From contig NC_058370.1 of NCBI RefSeq assembly GCF_018350175.1, positions 26,040,001-26,104,000 on the forward strand: DNA of 64,000 nt, given 5' to 3'. Origin of the DNA: Felis catus (taxonomy: Eukaryota). The notes under the pieces are model-generated. The model ran no database searches. It was not told the DNA's origin and saw only the letters and a program-made list of their open reading frames with translations. Below, one piece after another: positions 47,701-61,003 of this stretch (position 1 is its first letter; each line of letters opens with the position of its first letter). The position numbers and the translations under genes are program-made.

Positions 47701-50700
47701 NNNNNNNNNNNNNATTTAGCCCAAAGCAAGAGGCTTTTGGCAAGCATCAAACATGTCCATGCATCAAATCAGTATAAAGCTCTGCCAAAAGGAGAAAAAA
47801 AAATGTTTAGAGGCAAGAACTTAGTGCCAAGTAAGCCCCTGAAAGTTTATAGAGCGAGTTTAATTCAGTTTGCCTTCCACAAAGTACTTAGACCTGGCAA
47901 CCACCCTCCCAGTCCATCAAAAGGAATTAGAAAGGCAAAAGAATAAGCATCATTTGTATCATATAGAAATCACATACACATATCCAAAGGCATCGGAAGA
48001 CATGTCACTGCACTGTGAAGAGTAAATCTCCTATGCAACCTGCACGGCCACAGTGCCTATCACAAAGTATGAAACCTAGAGCACAAACCAACCACCGGTA
48101 CCTACAATGAACTGTTAAAGAAAATTCTGTCATGTCAACCACATCTCAGTAAAACTGGAAAAAAAAAAAAAAAAAAAAATTCATCCAGAAAAAAAAGAAA
48201 GGGGGAAAAAATTCTGTCTTAAAAACCGCTCAAGGTACATAATCCCAGAACAGATTTCTACAAAACGGTTATGTTTTTCAAGTAATTCCAATCCTATTAA
48301 AATATACTTTAAGGACCCTGTAAACTTTTTTATTGTACAAGGATCGTGTTATCAGTTATGACCTCAAATTGTTGGACCGTTGGCCAGAGTGTAATTATCT
48401 TTTAACTCTTCAAGGATTCCAGTGGCAATTGTATTTTTATAAAGAAGAATGTATGTAAGAATCTGAACCATATCTACCCCTCTAAGCAAATAAATACAAT
48501 TTTAAGAAATTACTTTGTATGATACTGAAGCATTTACAAACAAAATGTTACATGTGGAACTCACTTCTCAATACTCCCTGACTACAGCAGGTGGGGTAAA
48601 GGTATATCTGAAACAAACTGGCCATGATTTGATAATTGCTGAAGTTCATGAGGGATCATCGTACTAGTCGCTCAACTTTTGTATGCTTTAGAAATTTTCC
48701 TTGTTGAAAAAAATAAAGCACAGGGATGTATGGGTGGCTCAGTCGGTTAAGTGTCCGACTTTGGCTCAGGCCATGATCTCGCAGTTCACGGGTTTAAGCC
48801 CCGCATCGGGCTCTATGGACAGCTCAGAGCCTGGAGCTGCTTCAGATTCTGTGTCTCCCTCTCTCTCTGCCCCTCCCCTACTCACGCTCTGTCTCTCTCT
48901 CTCAAAAAATAAAATAAACACTAAAAAAAATTTAATAAATAGAATAAAATAGAATTCTATGAAAAGAAAAATTACTGCATATAATAAGCTACACCTAGTT
49001 TAAACTATGCCTGGTAACAAAATGATTTTCATTCAATACAAATGTATGTTCTATGTATTCTATAGAGACAAAACTAAAATAAAAATAAGACTGATTTCAT
49101 AGCAAATACAGACCAGCGACACCAGCAAGATAATGAGTGATTACAAACTTTACTAAAAAAATGTTTTTCCCCAAAAATGACTTAAAAGAATATACCATTC
49201 TAGGGGAGCCTGGGTAGCTCAGTTGGTTGAGTGTCTGACTCTGGCTCAGGTCATGATCTCATGGTCCGTGGGTTCAAGCCCTGCAACAGGCTCTGTGCTG
49301 ACAGCTCAGAGCCTGGAGCCCGCTTCGGATTCTGTGTCTCCCTCTCTCTCTCTGCCCTTCCCCCACTCAGTCTATCTCTCTCTCTCTCTCTCTCTCAAAA
49401 CTAAACATTAAAAAAATTTTAATAAAAAATTTTAAAAAATAAAAGAACAAACCATTCTAATGAGAGGGGAGGGGAGAAACATTAATTTTGCAGTAATACA
49501 TTATCTATTAAAACAGAGATAACATTTGTCCTTAATGAAGTCTGGTGGACTGTGTTTCTGGTACCTTCAAATATCATTGGGGGCAAAAGGGAACTTGCCA
49601 GCACCCACAAGGGATCTTCCCTATACCCTGCTATAAAAAGCAAGTATTTCTAGAATCTTCTCTATTAGAACTACTTATTCTACCATATGCTATGCTTTAC
49701 AGATGTAAATCCAGGGATAAAAAGGATTAGATCTCAGACTAATAAAGATTAAACAGTATTATTAAAAAAAAAAAATCATGAGTACAGATTTACAGGTTGA
49801 TTCCTCCAAACACTAGTAACTTCAAAATAAAGGAGAAAAACAACAGGAGAACCAAGGATAGGAGGGTAGAGGGAAACTTTGCTTCTAGTAAATTCTATGT
49901 TAACTGGAGAAAAGATAACTATATGAATTGGGCTGGGGGGGTGGGGGGGAGGGGGGAAGGGGAGCAAATGTCCACTAGTAACAATTACTAGTTAAGAAAC
50001 AACCTAAAAAGAAAAATCTAAATGAAAGAATAAAATTTACTTACTTTGTCAACACCCATTCTCTTAAAACCTGCTTGTAGTATTTTGAAGTTCTGGATGT
50101 ATTCGTGTTCTAGCTTAGCCTGGAATTTCACTTTTTTCAGGGCAATGGAGCCAGGGAACAGCATGTCCATAAACTGACAATAGGCAGCCCCTGAACGAAC
50201 AACAAGAGAATAAAATACACACTTAGGTCATTAAATGCTATGATTAAAAAAGCAGGATGAACTTTTACTCAGACCTATTTAACCCATGTACAATTCAAAA
50301 AATTGTAAATTGGACCCTACTTGGGTGCCTGGCTGGCTCCATTGACAGAGCATGCAACTCTTGATCTTGGTGTCGTGAGTTTGAGCCCCACATTGGGGGT
50401 AGAGTTTACTTCAAAAAAACTAATTAATTAAAAAAATAACAAGGTAGATCTATAAAACCCAAAAGCTTCATTACCACATGACTTCAAAGTCAATTTCTCA
50501 AAATCAGTAACAAGACTGGTTTCACCTAAGTTCTAACACACTTGCAATGCAGAAGCCTGTGATGAGGAGAAAAGAAATGTTTCTATGAAATTTTAAAACT
50601 ATTCTTTGTAACAAACCAGCATGACAATAAAATGACCACTATAAAGAAAATTAACACGAGTGGCACATAAGTGGCTCAGCTGGTTAAGTCCAACTTCAGC

Positions 50701-53700
50701 TCAGGTCATGATCTCAGGGTGTGAGTTCAAGCCCCACATCGGGCTCTGCACTGACCCTGTGGAGCCTGTTTGGGATTCTGTCTCTGCCTCTCTCTGCCCC
50801 TCCCCCAATCACGTGTGCTCTCTCTAAAAACAACTTTAAAAAAAAAGAAAAGAAAAAGAAAACGAATGCCTAGAAGAGCAAAAACAGAAAGAGAGGTGAC
50901 TCTGGTTTTTTGCAAGGACATACCCTCCTCTCCACTAGCAAGAGTAGGGATTTCCCAAGTACTTTAAAGATCCATCCTCTGACCTAGGTTAAATAAATGT
51001 TTTTCTAAGAGGACTGTCTCCCTGAGGTTTTACATCTCTACATAAACTTAACCCAACAGTTTATAAACAAAGTTAAACAGAAGACATTTTTGTGTTCTCC
51101 CATTTAATTTTTTTAAAGTAACTACAGACAATCATTACATAGATTTCATCCCATTTGCTTTCCAATTTCATTCCTTCCCCCCACTTTCCCATTTTTTCCC
51201 ATCACCACCCCCAAAAATATTTCCTTGGTGCTTAAAATGTCCATGAATGTAACTCCTCTAAAGCCTACCAGACCACACTCTCCTCAGACAGGGAAGGGTT
51301 CCCAGTGCACTGAACTGTCCCTGCAGGGCTAAAGGTTAAAGGGGCCAAAGGAGCCAACCAGGGGTAGGGACAAAAAACCCAGGGACGAACCAAGGGGCAT
51401 TCTGCAGAGCGAGACTGCTGTAATATGCACTGTCAACTTACTTTAAATCAGGCCAATCTGGCTCCCGGCCAGTTCTAGCATAACAGTGCCATTATCATCA
51501 TTTTTGGAAAGAAGATGCAAAGGGCAGAAGCACTTCAGTGACCACAGTGACAGTCTGAGTAGAAAGAAGCGTCAGAAAGTGAAAGCCTGGTTTTCGAGGT
51601 GCCAGATTTACTTTCTTGTCCAACAAAAATATACTGAAGGAATTCTAGGTCCAGGGACTCAATTAGCAGTATTTATATTTTTAAAATAGGGACACCAAGA
51701 GCTTCCTACATTCTAGAGGACAATGATCAAGTTTCTTTAACAAACTAAGAGCATAAAGAAGGGTAATCTGTTACATTTAAAAAGAGTCACAATTTGGGGC
51801 GCCTGGGTGGCTCAGTCGGTTGAGTGTCCGACTTTGGCTCAGGTCATGATCTCACGGCTCGTGGGTTCGAGCCCCGCGTCCGGCTCTGTGCTGACAGCTC
51901 AAGAGCCTGGAGCCTGCTTCTGTTTCTGTGTCTCCCTCTCTCTCTGCTCCTAACCCACTCACATTCTGTCTCTGTCTCTCTCAAAAATAAACATTAAAAA
52001 AAAAATTAACAAAAAATAAATTAAAAAAATAAAATAAAAAATAAAAAGAGTCACAATTTACTAATTGTAATGTAAATGTGATGCATAAAAATCAGCTTAA
52101 AATGCGCATGCACATAAACCCCCCCACACACACACACAGAAAATAATCTATTAAGCATCTATACCCACAGCACTGCTCTACACATGAAAGGAAATTTTCT
52201 GAAACAGCAAAATAATGTGCATTCACTAAATGCACACTATTCTCAAGCCATCCATGAACTTCTGGCTAAAGTCAACCAAAACCACTTAAAAGCAGTAGTC
52301 ATATGCTTCTCAGAAAAAACCTGTTTGATGAACTATCACAGTTCCTTATTTTAGAGCCAGAAGAATCCTTAGAGCCATCATAAATTTAAAAACTGAGGAC
52401 GAAAAACTGTGGCCCAAGACCACAGAGGCCAGAGAGCAAGCTTAGAACCAGACCCCAGGTATCCTGAACTCCCCGCCCACCGTTCTTTTGCATAGTACCA
52501 TCATCTTACATCCTCTTAGAACAACTTACAGTTGAATAAAGAAGCATTTCCTAGATGGGGAGAAAAGATATACCATGCTGCTACACTGTAGCTGGCTGAA
52601 GCAGAGAAATGATACATAAAGGAAAACATTAATTAACACCTCATAAAAATGGACAAGGTAATTGGACAATTCACAAAAGAAATATAAACACATCCGGAGA
52701 TCCAGTCGAAGGCAGTTAATTAAAAATATATATATATAGGGCAAAGATTCACTTACAAAACTATGCTAACTTTATTCATGGGTGTTAAAAAAAAAAAATG
52801 GAAGCAACCTTCACATCCAACAGTAAGAGCAATCAATTAGCACACCATCTTCCTGAGAAATTATGCAAGTATCCAAAATACATTTTTTGGGGGGGTGCCT
52901 GGGTGGCTCAGTAGGTTGGGTGTCTGACTTCGGCTCCGGTCATGATCTCGTGGTTGGTGGGTTTGAGCCCCGCGTCTGGCTCTGTGCTGACAACTTGAAG
53001 CTGGAGCCTACTTTGGAATCTGTGTCTCCCTCTCTCTCTCTCTGCTCTTCCCCTGCTCACACTCTCTCTCTCAAAACATAAATAAACTATAAAAAAAATT
53101 TTTTTAAATCCATTTTTTTATTTTGGGGGGGAACTCAAGATTTAATATTAAAAGAAAGAGCAAGATATAAAAAACTTATCTACAAAATATCTTCATACAT
53201 ATAAATAGTCATTTAATATATATGTATAGAAAAATAACTAAAAGAAAATACAACCTATCCGGTTAAACCATACAAAATTACTGTTTTTTTAGATCAAAAA
53301 TGACTAAATGTGGCCATCTCTGGGGGATGGTACTGGATGCATTCTATCTTTTAAATATTCAATTATGTACTATGGTAAATATTACTTTAAAAAATTTTTT
53401 TGTTTTTAAGTAAACTCTACACCCAACATGGGGCTTGAACTCACAACCCTGAGATCAAGAGTCACACCCTCCACTGACTGAGCTGGCCAGGAGCCCCAGT
53501 AAATATTACTTCTATAATTAGAACACACAAAAAAAGGGGCGCCTGGGTGGCTCAGTCAGTTAGGCGTCCGACTTCAGCTCAGGTCACGATCTCGTGGTCC
53601 GTGAGTTTGAGCCCTGCGTCGGGCTCTGGGCTGATGGCTCAGAGCCTGGAGCCTGCTTCCGATTCTGTGTCTCCCTCTCTCTCTGCCCCTCCCCCGTTCA

Positions 53701-56700
53701 TGTTCTGTCTCTCTCTCTCTGTCTCAAAAATAAATAAAACGTTAAAAAAAATTAAAAAAAAAAAAAAGAACACACAAAAAAAGAAGGCAAATGTTTAAAA
53801 GAAAAAAATTTATCAGCTGCCTTTCACAAAAGGGCTGAAAACTCCTGGCCTAGAAATGTCTCAACTGGATACAGAACAGGTTAAAAGGAGCCTGCAGTCC
53901 AGTCTGCTTTAAGAACAAAGGCTGGCAACACAAGCAGGGCCCCTCTCAGATGGCTGCTGACCCAGCGATCTGTGGCAGGAGAACAGGCCCACATAATCTG
54001 TGGCCTGAAGATGTAGACGGACTTAGGGCAGAACCAGCTGTATGTCACTGAGTCAACCACGAGTCTCACCAACTGCTACGGCACCCCCCTACCAAGATCT
54101 GTGCTGCAAGCAGAGAACACGAAACAGTGCAACCCCTACTCCAAAAGCCTGCGAGATTTCAAGTGCACTGGTTCTCAATCCTTTCGGTGCGAAGAGCCCT
54201 GAAGCATGAGACGAAAGCTGTAGCCAACATTCCATGCGAGAGATGCTTGTCTATCAGAAGACTCCAGATGAAGAGCTCCCAAGGTTCTAACACATCACAC
54301 GGAAAACACACTAACTACTAAATGTAAGCATGTTCGGACTTTGGAGAATAGGTGAGGCATCAGTCATCTTAGAGGAGGAATAAAATTGGGAAAAAGAGGG
54401 CTATGAGGAGCCATTAATGCAGACATTAAAAACAGCCTTGGGCGCCTGGGTGGCCCAGATGGTTAATAGTCCAACTCTTGATTTCTGCTCAGGTCATTAT
54501 GGGTTCAAGCCCCATGTGAGGTTCTGTGCAGATGGTGCAGAGCCTGCTTGGGATTCCCTTCCTCACTCTGCCCCCTTCTGTCTCCCTCTTTCTCCCACTC
54601 CCTCCCCCTCTCTCTCAAAATAAATAAACTTAAAAGAAAAAAAAATCAGCCTCAAGGGGCCCCTGGGTGGCTCAGTTGGTTGAACATTCGACTCTTGATT
54701 TTGACTCAGGTCATGATCCCAGCTTCATGTCGGGCTCCGCGCTGAGCACGGACCCTGCTTAAGATAGTCTCATTCTCTCTCTCCCTCCCCCTCTCCCCAC
54801 TCAAAAATGAACATTAAAAAAAAAAAAAAAAACTTTCTCTCTGCCCCTCTACCCCACTCACATGCACTCTCTCTAAAAACAAAAAAATTTAAAAATTAAA
54901 AAAAAAAAAATCAGGCTCAAGTTATTTTAACATGGGAAAAATAATCCTATTTTAATTTTAAAAGCAGGAAACAAAACTGTCCATACATGCGCTTGTACTT
55001 GTTATTTAATTTAAGGGTCTGTAAGAACAAGAGACTGGAAAGAAACCAAATGTCCACTGACAGGGGACTGCTCTGAGGAAACTAGGTCTTACACAGACAA
55101 AAAAGAAAGCAAAGTGGCATCAGCTATATGGATATGAAACACTTTGGAATATATAATGTGATTACACATGCTACCATCTGTGTAAAAAGGAGGAAAAGAG
55201 AACACACACTCATAAAATATGGATGGATGTTTCTGCCTGTACATATACCCTCTCTCTGGAGCAAAAATGGGAGTGACTAGTTGACAGAGTTAGAAGGAAA
55301 CTTTTCAATTTATCTTTTTTTATCTTTGTTTATCTTTTTGTTCCTTTTGAATTTTAAACCACTTTGAAACCTTCAGTTATTCAAAAAATAAAAACTATAT
55401 ATACAGTGTATGTCGATTATGTTTAACGCTTATAGGAAAGTACTGAAAGTACAGCTAAAATGAATGACTTTGGGCAAGTTGCTTAACTATGCCTCAGTTT
55501 CTCCACATATAAAATGGCGATGACAGTCCTCATCTCCCAGGTTATATATGTAAAGCACTCTGGAAAGTGTCTGGCCTATGATAAGTGCTCAATAAATAAA
55601 GCCAAATTAAGGGGGAAAATACATCTAAAAGATAACAATGACTATCACTAATTGTGACATTACAGCAAATTATGGTTTTCTTAATGTTCCATAAGGAAGA
55701 CCTAAATTACTTACATTAGAAAAAAAATTTCTTGAGGCATCTGGGTGGCTCAGTCAGCTGAATGCCCAACTTGGGCTCAGGTCACGATCTCACAGTTCAT
55801 GAGTTCAAACCCGGCACTGGGTTCTGTGCTGTCAGCTCAGGGCCTGCTTCAGATCCTGTCTCCCTCTCTCTCTGCCTCTCCCCCGTGCACGTGCGTGTGC
55901 ACATACACGCACACTCCCCCCTCTCAAAAATAAACATTTAAAAAAAAAGAAAAAACTTTATCTTTTTTGTTTTAATTACAGCAAAGAAAAATCAAGGAGG
56001 TGCTTGAAGAGTCAGGCAAAAAATTGGAAGAGATACTTTCTTGAACAGAGTTGTGACTCAATAAACATGGTCTCAGGGTACCTGGGTGGCTCAGTCAGTT
56101 AAACAACCAACTCTTGACTTCAGCTCAGGTCATGATTCCAGGGTTGGGCTCTGCACTGAGCATGGAGGCTGCTTAAGATTCTCTCTCTCCCTCTCCCTCT
56201 GCCCCTAGCCCCCACTCAGGCACACTCTCTCTCTTAAAAAAGAAGAAGGGGGGACTGGGGTCTCTGAGAAAGGCTGTAGACCACTGTAGTATGAGAGAGT
56301 GGGGGCAGGGGAACCCGAGGGGAACGTGTGCCTAGTTAGGCCACTGTGGCAGCACTAAGCAAACTGAAAAGGGGCGGGATCCAAAGCATCCCTCAGAAGA
56401 CATACTGCACTTGGTGAATTAGCCTCTTTTGAGGCCTGAAACACTAGAAGAACAGTGGAATCATGGCTCCAAATGAGTGTCTGGAAAACCTGAGGAGAAA
56501 AAGTGGAGGAGGCCTGGCTAGGGGCGTGGTCACACTCGGAGCAGCATGAGCAAGCTTGACAGGCTGTTTAGAGAAACTCGAGGGCTCCTGCAACCAGCTG
56601 AGGAGAAAGGAAATCTAGCATTTGCCAGGGACTGCCTGCACACCTCACACCTTTCCTATTCTGTGCAGCACAGGAACCATGGAGGAGGCCAGGCTAGAGA

Positions 56701-59700
56701 ACAGAAGACAATTAGAGAAAGCGGAGACGGGAACATTCAGTGAGGTACACTCTACAGGTTCAAAGCACCACGCTGGACCCTCGGAAACATGCAGAGGGGC
56801 CTGAATATGGATCAGAGGACTGGTTGACAAAAAGCAACCAGCATCCCCTCTCTGACACAAGCAATCCCTCATCCAAATTATTCTCTGTGATTAGGGGTTT
56901 TTCCTTGATGGCTGTTCTTCCAAAATACTTGATGACTAGCTCTCAAAAACAGGGAGACTATGAAATGGAAATACGTCTTGAAACAACCTGACAACTCTTG
57001 TCTCTGAAAGTTATCCTCGCCTTACCTCACAAGAGCCAAGCAAGGCTTGTTTCACTGTTGGGACGGGGAGGAGGGTGGGGGGTTCACAATGCTGACAAAA
57101 CTTGGCCATTTCACAGGCAACCGGCACATTAGTTGTGTAGGAACTCAGAGCTTTGCCCTCTCCAGAGAAAAACCTATCCCTACCCTTCTAGGCTTGTATT
57201 TGGAAGAAAATTCTAGTCAGCTTGATGCTATGCTTATCAGAGGTGAGACCAGAAGGGACCAGGCACCAGCTTTGGTTAAAGGCTACTGGGAGGCTGCTTA
57301 GGCCTTGGGAAATTCAAGAGTCTGAGGAAGCTCACTTTCTCTATGACTCCAATCCCCTGGCAGCAGGCCTTCTCCAGGGACACGGTTTCTGCAGCTCATC
57401 CTGTTTGGTCTCATACTGAAAGCCGAGACCTGGTTTTCTAAGCATCAGGGTGAAACACAATGCAAACATCTGCATACTTGGAGAGAACTCCTAAACACCT
57501 CTCCAGAGGAAAACTAGCTACGAATGAATAAAAGTTTGTTTACAAGTCGCGGTTAAGTGTCTTGCACTTAGCACTTTCTGCTAGGGAAAAGCACTTTATC
57601 TAGGGTAAGAAAAACGGCAGGCAGCTTACAAAGTGGAAATTCTTCACAGGGGTTTTTTAATGAGATAGTATCACTATAATTAATGATATGTAATTCACAT
57701 TTGTTTAACTCTCTTCCAAATGCTTCTTTTTAAAAAAATTATCACGTATGCAGCAGAGTGTAGGCTCTGTGGTCAGAAAGATGTGGGTTCAAAACCAGGC
57801 TCTGTAATGCATAAGCTGTGCCCCACGGGCAGTCTCCTCTCTAAGACAAGCATGCACCCTCCCCAGAGAGATCTACACTCACCTCCAGAGTCTGGCAAGA
57901 ATCAGTATCTGAGAGCTATTTTTACAGACGAGCCTCAGAACAGCCCAATAGGTGGGCCTGGTCCTACTTCCCTAGTTTACAGATGAGGAACTAGAACGTG
58001 GAGGGACACGTCCAAAATCACATGGCTCAGAGCAGACTGAAGCCTCTTCATGCCCAGTCCTGACTATCCACAGCAGCTCCCTGTCTGAATGAGATAAATC
58101 TGGAGCCAGATCACATATGTACCACTTATCTACACATGAAAAGAGTTCTCATTTTCCAACTGAGTAAGTGAAATATACCTCAGAGTATATATATGGAAAG
58201 AGATAAATTTTAGGGAGAAATTGCTGGTGAAAAAGCTGGCCCCAATGAAAATTAGGATGACCTCATCCCCACATTAGTCACAAATCACGGGGCAAACAAG
58301 TGCTTTGAGAGCCTCAAACAAATGGGGATGCGGTGATGGGACTGAGGAAGTGAACGGAAACCAGGGAAAAGGCAGCACAGATCTAAGGCTGACAACCTGT
58401 GCCCGCACCCAACCTGTGCCCACTACGACTGAGAAACAAGCATGACTCATAGGCACCATTTCACTCAGAACTTTACATGAAGCCTTCCTCTGACCACCTG
58501 TAAAACCCAGATTAAACATCCCAGGGGATATAACAAGCCAAGCAAGTGAAACTAAGAGCAAGACTAGAACCTAGCTATAAAATAAGGAAGTACAGAAGCT
58601 GAATTCATTTAAAAAAAATAAATAAAAAAACACATAAATGAAAGCAGTCATTTTATTTTTAATGTTTATTTTTGAGAGAGAGAGAGAGACAGACAGACAG
58701 AGTGTGAGCGGGGGAGGGGCAGAGAGAGAGGGGGGACACAGAATCCGAAGAAGGCTCCAGGCTCTGAGCTGTCCACACAGAGCCTGACACAAGGCTCGAA
58801 CTCACGGACCGAGAGATCATGACCTGATCTAAAGTCAGACGCTTAACCAACTGAACACCCAGGTGCTCCTGAAACCAGTCAGTTTAAATCAATACAAATG
58901 GCACCGGTAAAGGAAAAGTCTGGAGAGCAAGTAGGGCATAGGAGCTGAACAACATCAGCTCTTGATTTAAACAAAGGTTCAAGTCTCAATTCTGTTCTTG
59001 GTTGTCTAACTGGGGACTTATTACTCAATTTCTCTAAGCCCATTTCCTCATCTGTAAACTGAGGTTAATAAACATCTCTACCTCATGAAAGTATAGTGAG
59101 AATTACACGAAGAGATACTAGAAAAACATTTACGTGGCCCTGCCACGTAAGCGTTCAATTAAAGGACCGCTACTGTTACTACCATGGGAAGCTGAGGGTT
59201 CTAATTCTCTACCCCACAAACAAGATTAACAACTGAAGGAGCAGCAGAATACACATCTCATCCTTCTGGCATATTTTTGACCCCACCTCCTATCTGTAGT
59301 AGATCCAATTCTGGTAACCCCAACACAATCCTTATCATGTCAGGACAGTCAGGAGCAGGTAGCACAACCCTCAAAAGGTGAGACAGAAAGTCTTCAGGGG
59401 ACATAGAAACCAATAACACCTTCATGAAAAATAATTACCAAGAGCCTGAAGTTCATACCCTTTAATCTAGTAATTCCATTTCTAGAAATCACTATGGAAA
59501 AATTAGAAACCACCTAAATGTCCCCAGTCAGGAAGATGTTAAACAACTCCAGCATATCCAAAGAAATAGTACATAGCCATTAAATTTTTTTTTTTAATGT
59601 TTATTTATTTTTGACAGAGAGAGAGGGACAGAGCATGAGCGGGGGAAGGACAGAGAGAGAAGGAGACACAGAATCCGAAGTAGGCTCCAGGCTCTGAGCT

Positions 59701-61000
59701 GTCAGCACAGAGCCCCACGCGGGGCTCAAACTCACAGACTGTGAGATCATGACCTGAGCCAAAGTCGGATGCTCAACTGACTGAGGCACCCAGGCGCCCC
59801 GTACATAGCCATTAAAAATAAGTCATTTTTCAGAGCACCTGGGGGTGCTCAACTGGATAAGCATCAGACTTCAGCTCTGGTCATGATCTCATGATTCATG
59901 AGTTCAAGCCCCACATCAGGCTCTGTACTGTCAGCACAGAGCCTGCTTCAGATCCTCTGTCCCCCTCTCTCTGTCCCTCCCCACTTGTCTTCATTTTCTC
60001 TCAAAAATAAACGTTTAAAAAAAAATAAGTCATCTCTTGGGGTACCTGGCTCATCTGGTTAAGCAGATGGCTCTCGGTTTGGGCTCAGGTCATGCTCTCA
60101 CAGTTTGTGAGTTCAAGCCCTGGGTCGGGCTCTGTGCTGACAGTGCAGAGCCTGCTTGGGATTCTCTCTCTGCCCTTCCCATACTCATGTGTGCATGCAT
60201 GCTTTCTCTCTTTCTCAAAATAAATAAATAAACTTTAAACAACAAAGTCATTTTTATGACAGTGAATGACACCAGAGAACATTCACAACATAGTTAACTG
60301 AAAAAAGCTGGGACATACACAAATATATATATGTGCACAGAAAAGTGAAAGCAAACCCCAAGGGCAGTTTTCTCTGAATACTGAAACTATGGGCATTTTT
60401 TATTTTCTTCTTTTCAGTTTTCTAAATGTCAATTAGTATACACAAAAACAAAACACGTTTTTGTTCTTGTTTTAAATCATTACCTCTCCACGAAATCCTT
60501 GTTAAACAACAGTTCAATAAAACTGTGGTTGAGATGGCATTTGCAGGTCTTTGGTCTTGTGCTACTTGGGAATAAGAAACGCCACTGATAAAATATAAAA
60601 CTAGAACAATTATAATTTCCATCTTCAAATAAAATATTTCAAATCTGGACGCACAAGCGTGCAGATGGAAAAGCCGGGCTAGGCAGCAGGCGGCAGGGTG
60701 TAGAGATGGTGGCACGGGGGCCAGAAGCACCCTCTCAGCACAGTTCCTTCTAGAAGTGGAACTAGGGCAGGGTTGACACAGAACCTGAACCAGTGGCCTC
60801 TGCAGTCAGATACAGGCCTGTGCATTCCTAAAGGACCTGCAGGCTTTCCTGGAAAAATGGCATAGTGGATTTNNNNNNNNNNNNNNNNNNNNNNNNNNNN
60901 NNNNNNNNNNNNNNNNNNNNNNNNNNNNNNNNNNNNNNNNNNNNNNNNNNNNNNNNNNNNNNNNNNNNNNNNNNNNNNNNNNNNNNNNNNNNNNNNNNNN
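38665..61000 (-). CDS. MAPRE1: Microtubule-associated protein RP/EB family member 1 (EB1), coding exons 2-7; both ends estimated because they lie in N-gaps
   Basis: Visible exons encode the CH domain, linker and EBH domain almost identical to human EB1. Exon sizes 146/122/153 nt are phase-consistent. Confidence 0.96.
40321..40473 (-). CDS. MAPRE1: MAPRE1 exon 6 (EBH domain, [10 protein letters not shown]...ILYATD)
   Basis: atgcag|GTC acceptor, GAC|gtacgt donor, 153 nt. Confidence 0.97.
42432..42758. mobile_element. MER33/MER3-like hAT-Charlie relic
   Basis: gcacttgaaatgtggc...aaatacacactggatttcaaaga...acagtgctg pattern. Confidence 0.65.
43960..44018 (+). repeat. Degenerate pentanucleotide (AAAAC/AAATG) microsatellite
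   Basis: Read directly from the sequence. Confidence 0.85.
44842..44963 (-). CDS. MAPRE1: MAPRE1 exon 5 (PQRPIATHR...AELMQQ)
   Basis: ctctctcag|CT acceptor, CAG|gtaggc donor, 122 nt. Confidence 0.97.
45940..46636 (+). mobile_element. Old L1M-type 3' fragment
   Basis: Decayed ORF2 end and 3'UTR motifs (gatgaatctgggaaacattatgctaagtgaaagaagccag), ending aataaagctg. Confidence 0.8.
47485..47692 (-). CDS. MAPRE1: MAPRE1 exon 4; only the 3' end ([15 protein letters not shown]) is visible, start inferred from the 208-nt human size
   Basis: Donor GCAG|gtaaaa at 47485. The rest lies in N-gap 47532-47713. Confidence 0.88.
48723..60240. mobile_element. Dense Can-SINE cluster in MAPRE1 introns 2-3. 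Plus strand near 48723, 49203, 50323, 50658, 51796, 52889, 53536, 54440, 54656, 55735, 56077, 59835, 60038; minus strand near 53395-53497, 58645-58870, 59585-59800
   Basis: Each has a tRNA-derived head and A tail. Clear TSDs include AAAAGAGTCACAATTT (51796 element), AGAACACACAAAAAAA (53536) and GTACATAGCCATTAAA (59585). Confidence 0.88.
50045..50190 (-). CDS. MAPRE1: MAPRE1 exon 3 ([14 protein letters not shown]...RMGVDK)
   Basis: ttcgttcag|GG acceptor, AAA|gtaagt donor, 146 nt. Peptide identical to human EB1 as recalled. Confidence 0.97.
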
Positions 61001-61003
61001 NNN
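60880..61003 (-). CDS. MAPRE1: MAPRE1 exon 2 (ATG exon), inferred to lie inside N-gap 60873-61020; coordinates approximate
   Basis: Not visible. I found no MAVNVYSTS-coding sequence elsewhere upstream of exon 3. The 148-nt gap fits a ~124-nt exon and is preceded on the minus strand by the polypyrimidine tract cccttctcttttcctcacc. Confidence 0.65.
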
